Source: Candidatus Binatia bacterium | Lineage (GTDB): Bacteria; Desulfobacterota; Binatia; Bin18 | Assembly: GCA_963664395.2 (NCBI GenBank) | Contig: CAXXIS010000007.1 | Coordinates: 1-17,496, forward strand | Reading direction: 5' to 3' | Length of the DNA stretch: 17,496 nt | In this document: positions 16,304 to 17,496 of the stretch, one piece after another | Layout of the letters: each line of letters opens with the position of its first letter | Numbering within the stretch: the first letter of the stretch is position 1 | The notes under the pieces: generated by a model | What the model saw: only the letters and a program-made list of their open reading frames with translations | Database searches by the model: none | What the model was told of the DNA's origin: nothing | Position numbers and translations under genes: made by a program

Positions 16304-16593
16304 ATGAAGATACTGATAGTTGTCCTGTTCCTGTTGCTCATGGGGCATCGCCCCCCGTTTCTGCTCAATCCGAGTCCTCGTCTCAAGTCGATTCCCTCCA
16401 AGAGAAGATCAATCGGTTGTGGGACAGTAGCGCAGATGTTGATATCGAAGTCACGGAAGCGGGGTGTGAGGCGGCTCAGGCTCAGATCGACGCGCTGGAT
16501 ACGAACCCAGGCGGGTGGGTGCGGTTCACGCGGCCAGATGTGACCACGTTGCTGAACAGCGTCGCCGATTGTCCAGAAGAAGAGGAGGAGTAG
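16304..16593 (+). pseudogene. Small secreted acidic protein interrupted by a 1-nt frameshift
   Basis: SD AGGAGG and signal peptide MKILIVVLFLLLMG lie in one frame; the mature-looking body ...PPVSA|QSESSSQVDSLQEKINRLWD...DCPEEEEE* lies in another. Adding one base in G4 (16342-16345) or C6 (16351-16356) joins them. Confidence 0.6.
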
Positions 16594-16762
16594 CGAACGA
16601 GTACGGCGTTGACTGAGGGAATTATATGCCAAAGTCACATGAACGAGGAAGGGACAGCGAAGTGATGGGAAGGCGTAGCAGCAGCGAGACGACCGTCTCT
16701 TGCACAGACTTCATCCACGGGCTAAGAAAAAAGTACAGCATTGGTCTCACCTATAAGGAGGG

Positions 16763-17428
16763 ATGAGAAAAAGCGTTATGCCCAAGAACATTATCAATAC
16801 CGTTGTCTTTGCCAATAGGGGGAGTACTCCTCTTTCCAGCGCTTTGTTTGATGAGCGAGAATTATGTGATGAATTTGGTGCACTAGATAAAGAGCAGCTT
16901 AAGGCCAACCAGATGAGTCAGTGTCGTTATGCAGAGGGAAAGTATGAATTTTCGATTGTGCCAGATCGTATCATTATCCGATCTAATCGAGACCAAGAGG
17001 TTCTTCCATCTGCACTGATTAACGCAGCCCACAAGGTTGTCAGAGCAATTGAACCGATGAGAAAAATCATTTCGGTGACCGCGCTCGGCATCAACTGCGA
17101 GGCCACCTTTTTCGCTAAGGAGGTGGGCAGAGAGGGAACGGCTTTGTGTCGTGATATGACAATGGGTCCCATCGCCAATCACCTGTTGCAGGGGCTGTCT
17201 GTATATGCGGGGTCCACGTCGTTTATTTGCTTCTCCAATCAGATTCAATACACTATCCGTGTAGAGCCCGAGCATGCCGCACAGGGTCATGATCTGTTTA
17301 CCGATGTCAATGGCCATCAAGATATAAAAACAGAAGATTCCTTACAGCAGAAATTGGGTGCCGTCGGAGAAATTCGGGGACAGATTGAGCAGTTCCATCG
17401 GCAAGTGTTGACCTTAAAGGAGATATAA
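16763..17428 (+). CDS. Hypothetical protein (221 aa)
   Basis: Long ORF with a strong SD (TAAGGAGG) and protein-like alpha/beta pattern; no confidently recognised family. Confidence 0.75.
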   Translation: MRKSVMPKNIINTVVFANRGSTPLSSALFDERELCDEFGALDKEQLKANQMSQCRYAEGKYEFSIVPDRIIIRSNRDQEVLPSALINAAHKVVRAIEPMRKIISVTALGINCEATFFAKEVGREGTALCRDMTMGPIANHLLQGLSVYAGSTSFICFSNQIQYTIRVEPEHAAQGHDLFTDVNGHQDIKTEDSLQQKLGAVGEIRGQIEQFHRQVLTLKEI

Positions 17429-17429
17429 G

Positions 17430-17496
17430 ATGCAAGAGCCAGCCTTTCATGTTTCCGACACGTGGCCAACAGTCCAAGAACACTACTATGCTGAGC
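17430..17496 (+). CDS. Start of a hypothetical protein, truncated by the window edge
   Basis: ATG 1 nt after the upstream TAA, preceded by AAGGAG; open to the end of the window (MQEPAFHVSDTWPTVQEHYYAE). Confidence 0.5.
   Translation, partial: MQEPAFHVSDTWPTVQEHYYAE

Overview
GC-rich bacterial chromosome segment in which catabolic/redox genes alternate with visibly more AT-rich accessory cassettes. The catabolic/redox genes are a thiolase, a CaiB/BaiF CoA-transferase, a PPOX-class F420-type enzyme, a VOC protein, an NTF2/SnoaL protein, a D-aminoacylase-like amidohydrolase and an ABC exporter. The cassettes are: (i) an orphan membrane protein plus an alpha-class SPPY DNA methyltransferase and a PD-(D/E)XK-like endonuclease, bracketed by GTAG-type REP-like palindromes; (ii) an ABC-type AAA ATPase plus a DUF4276/TOPRIM-like pair sitting inside a catabolic gene string; (iii) a DUF4258 / MqsA-like toxin-antitoxin pair. 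The best hidden feature is at the left edge. The '111 aa' ORF is really the 3' half of an AhpD/CMD-family gene with an in-frame TGA in a CxxU motif, followed by a bacterial SECIS-like hairpin, so it is probably a selenoprotein. The ORF track also misses an in-frame chimera of a Rossmann dehydrogenase N-terminus and an amidohydrolase C-terminus, and a frameshifted secreted-protein gene. All family calls come from motif recognition by eye; no database search was run.
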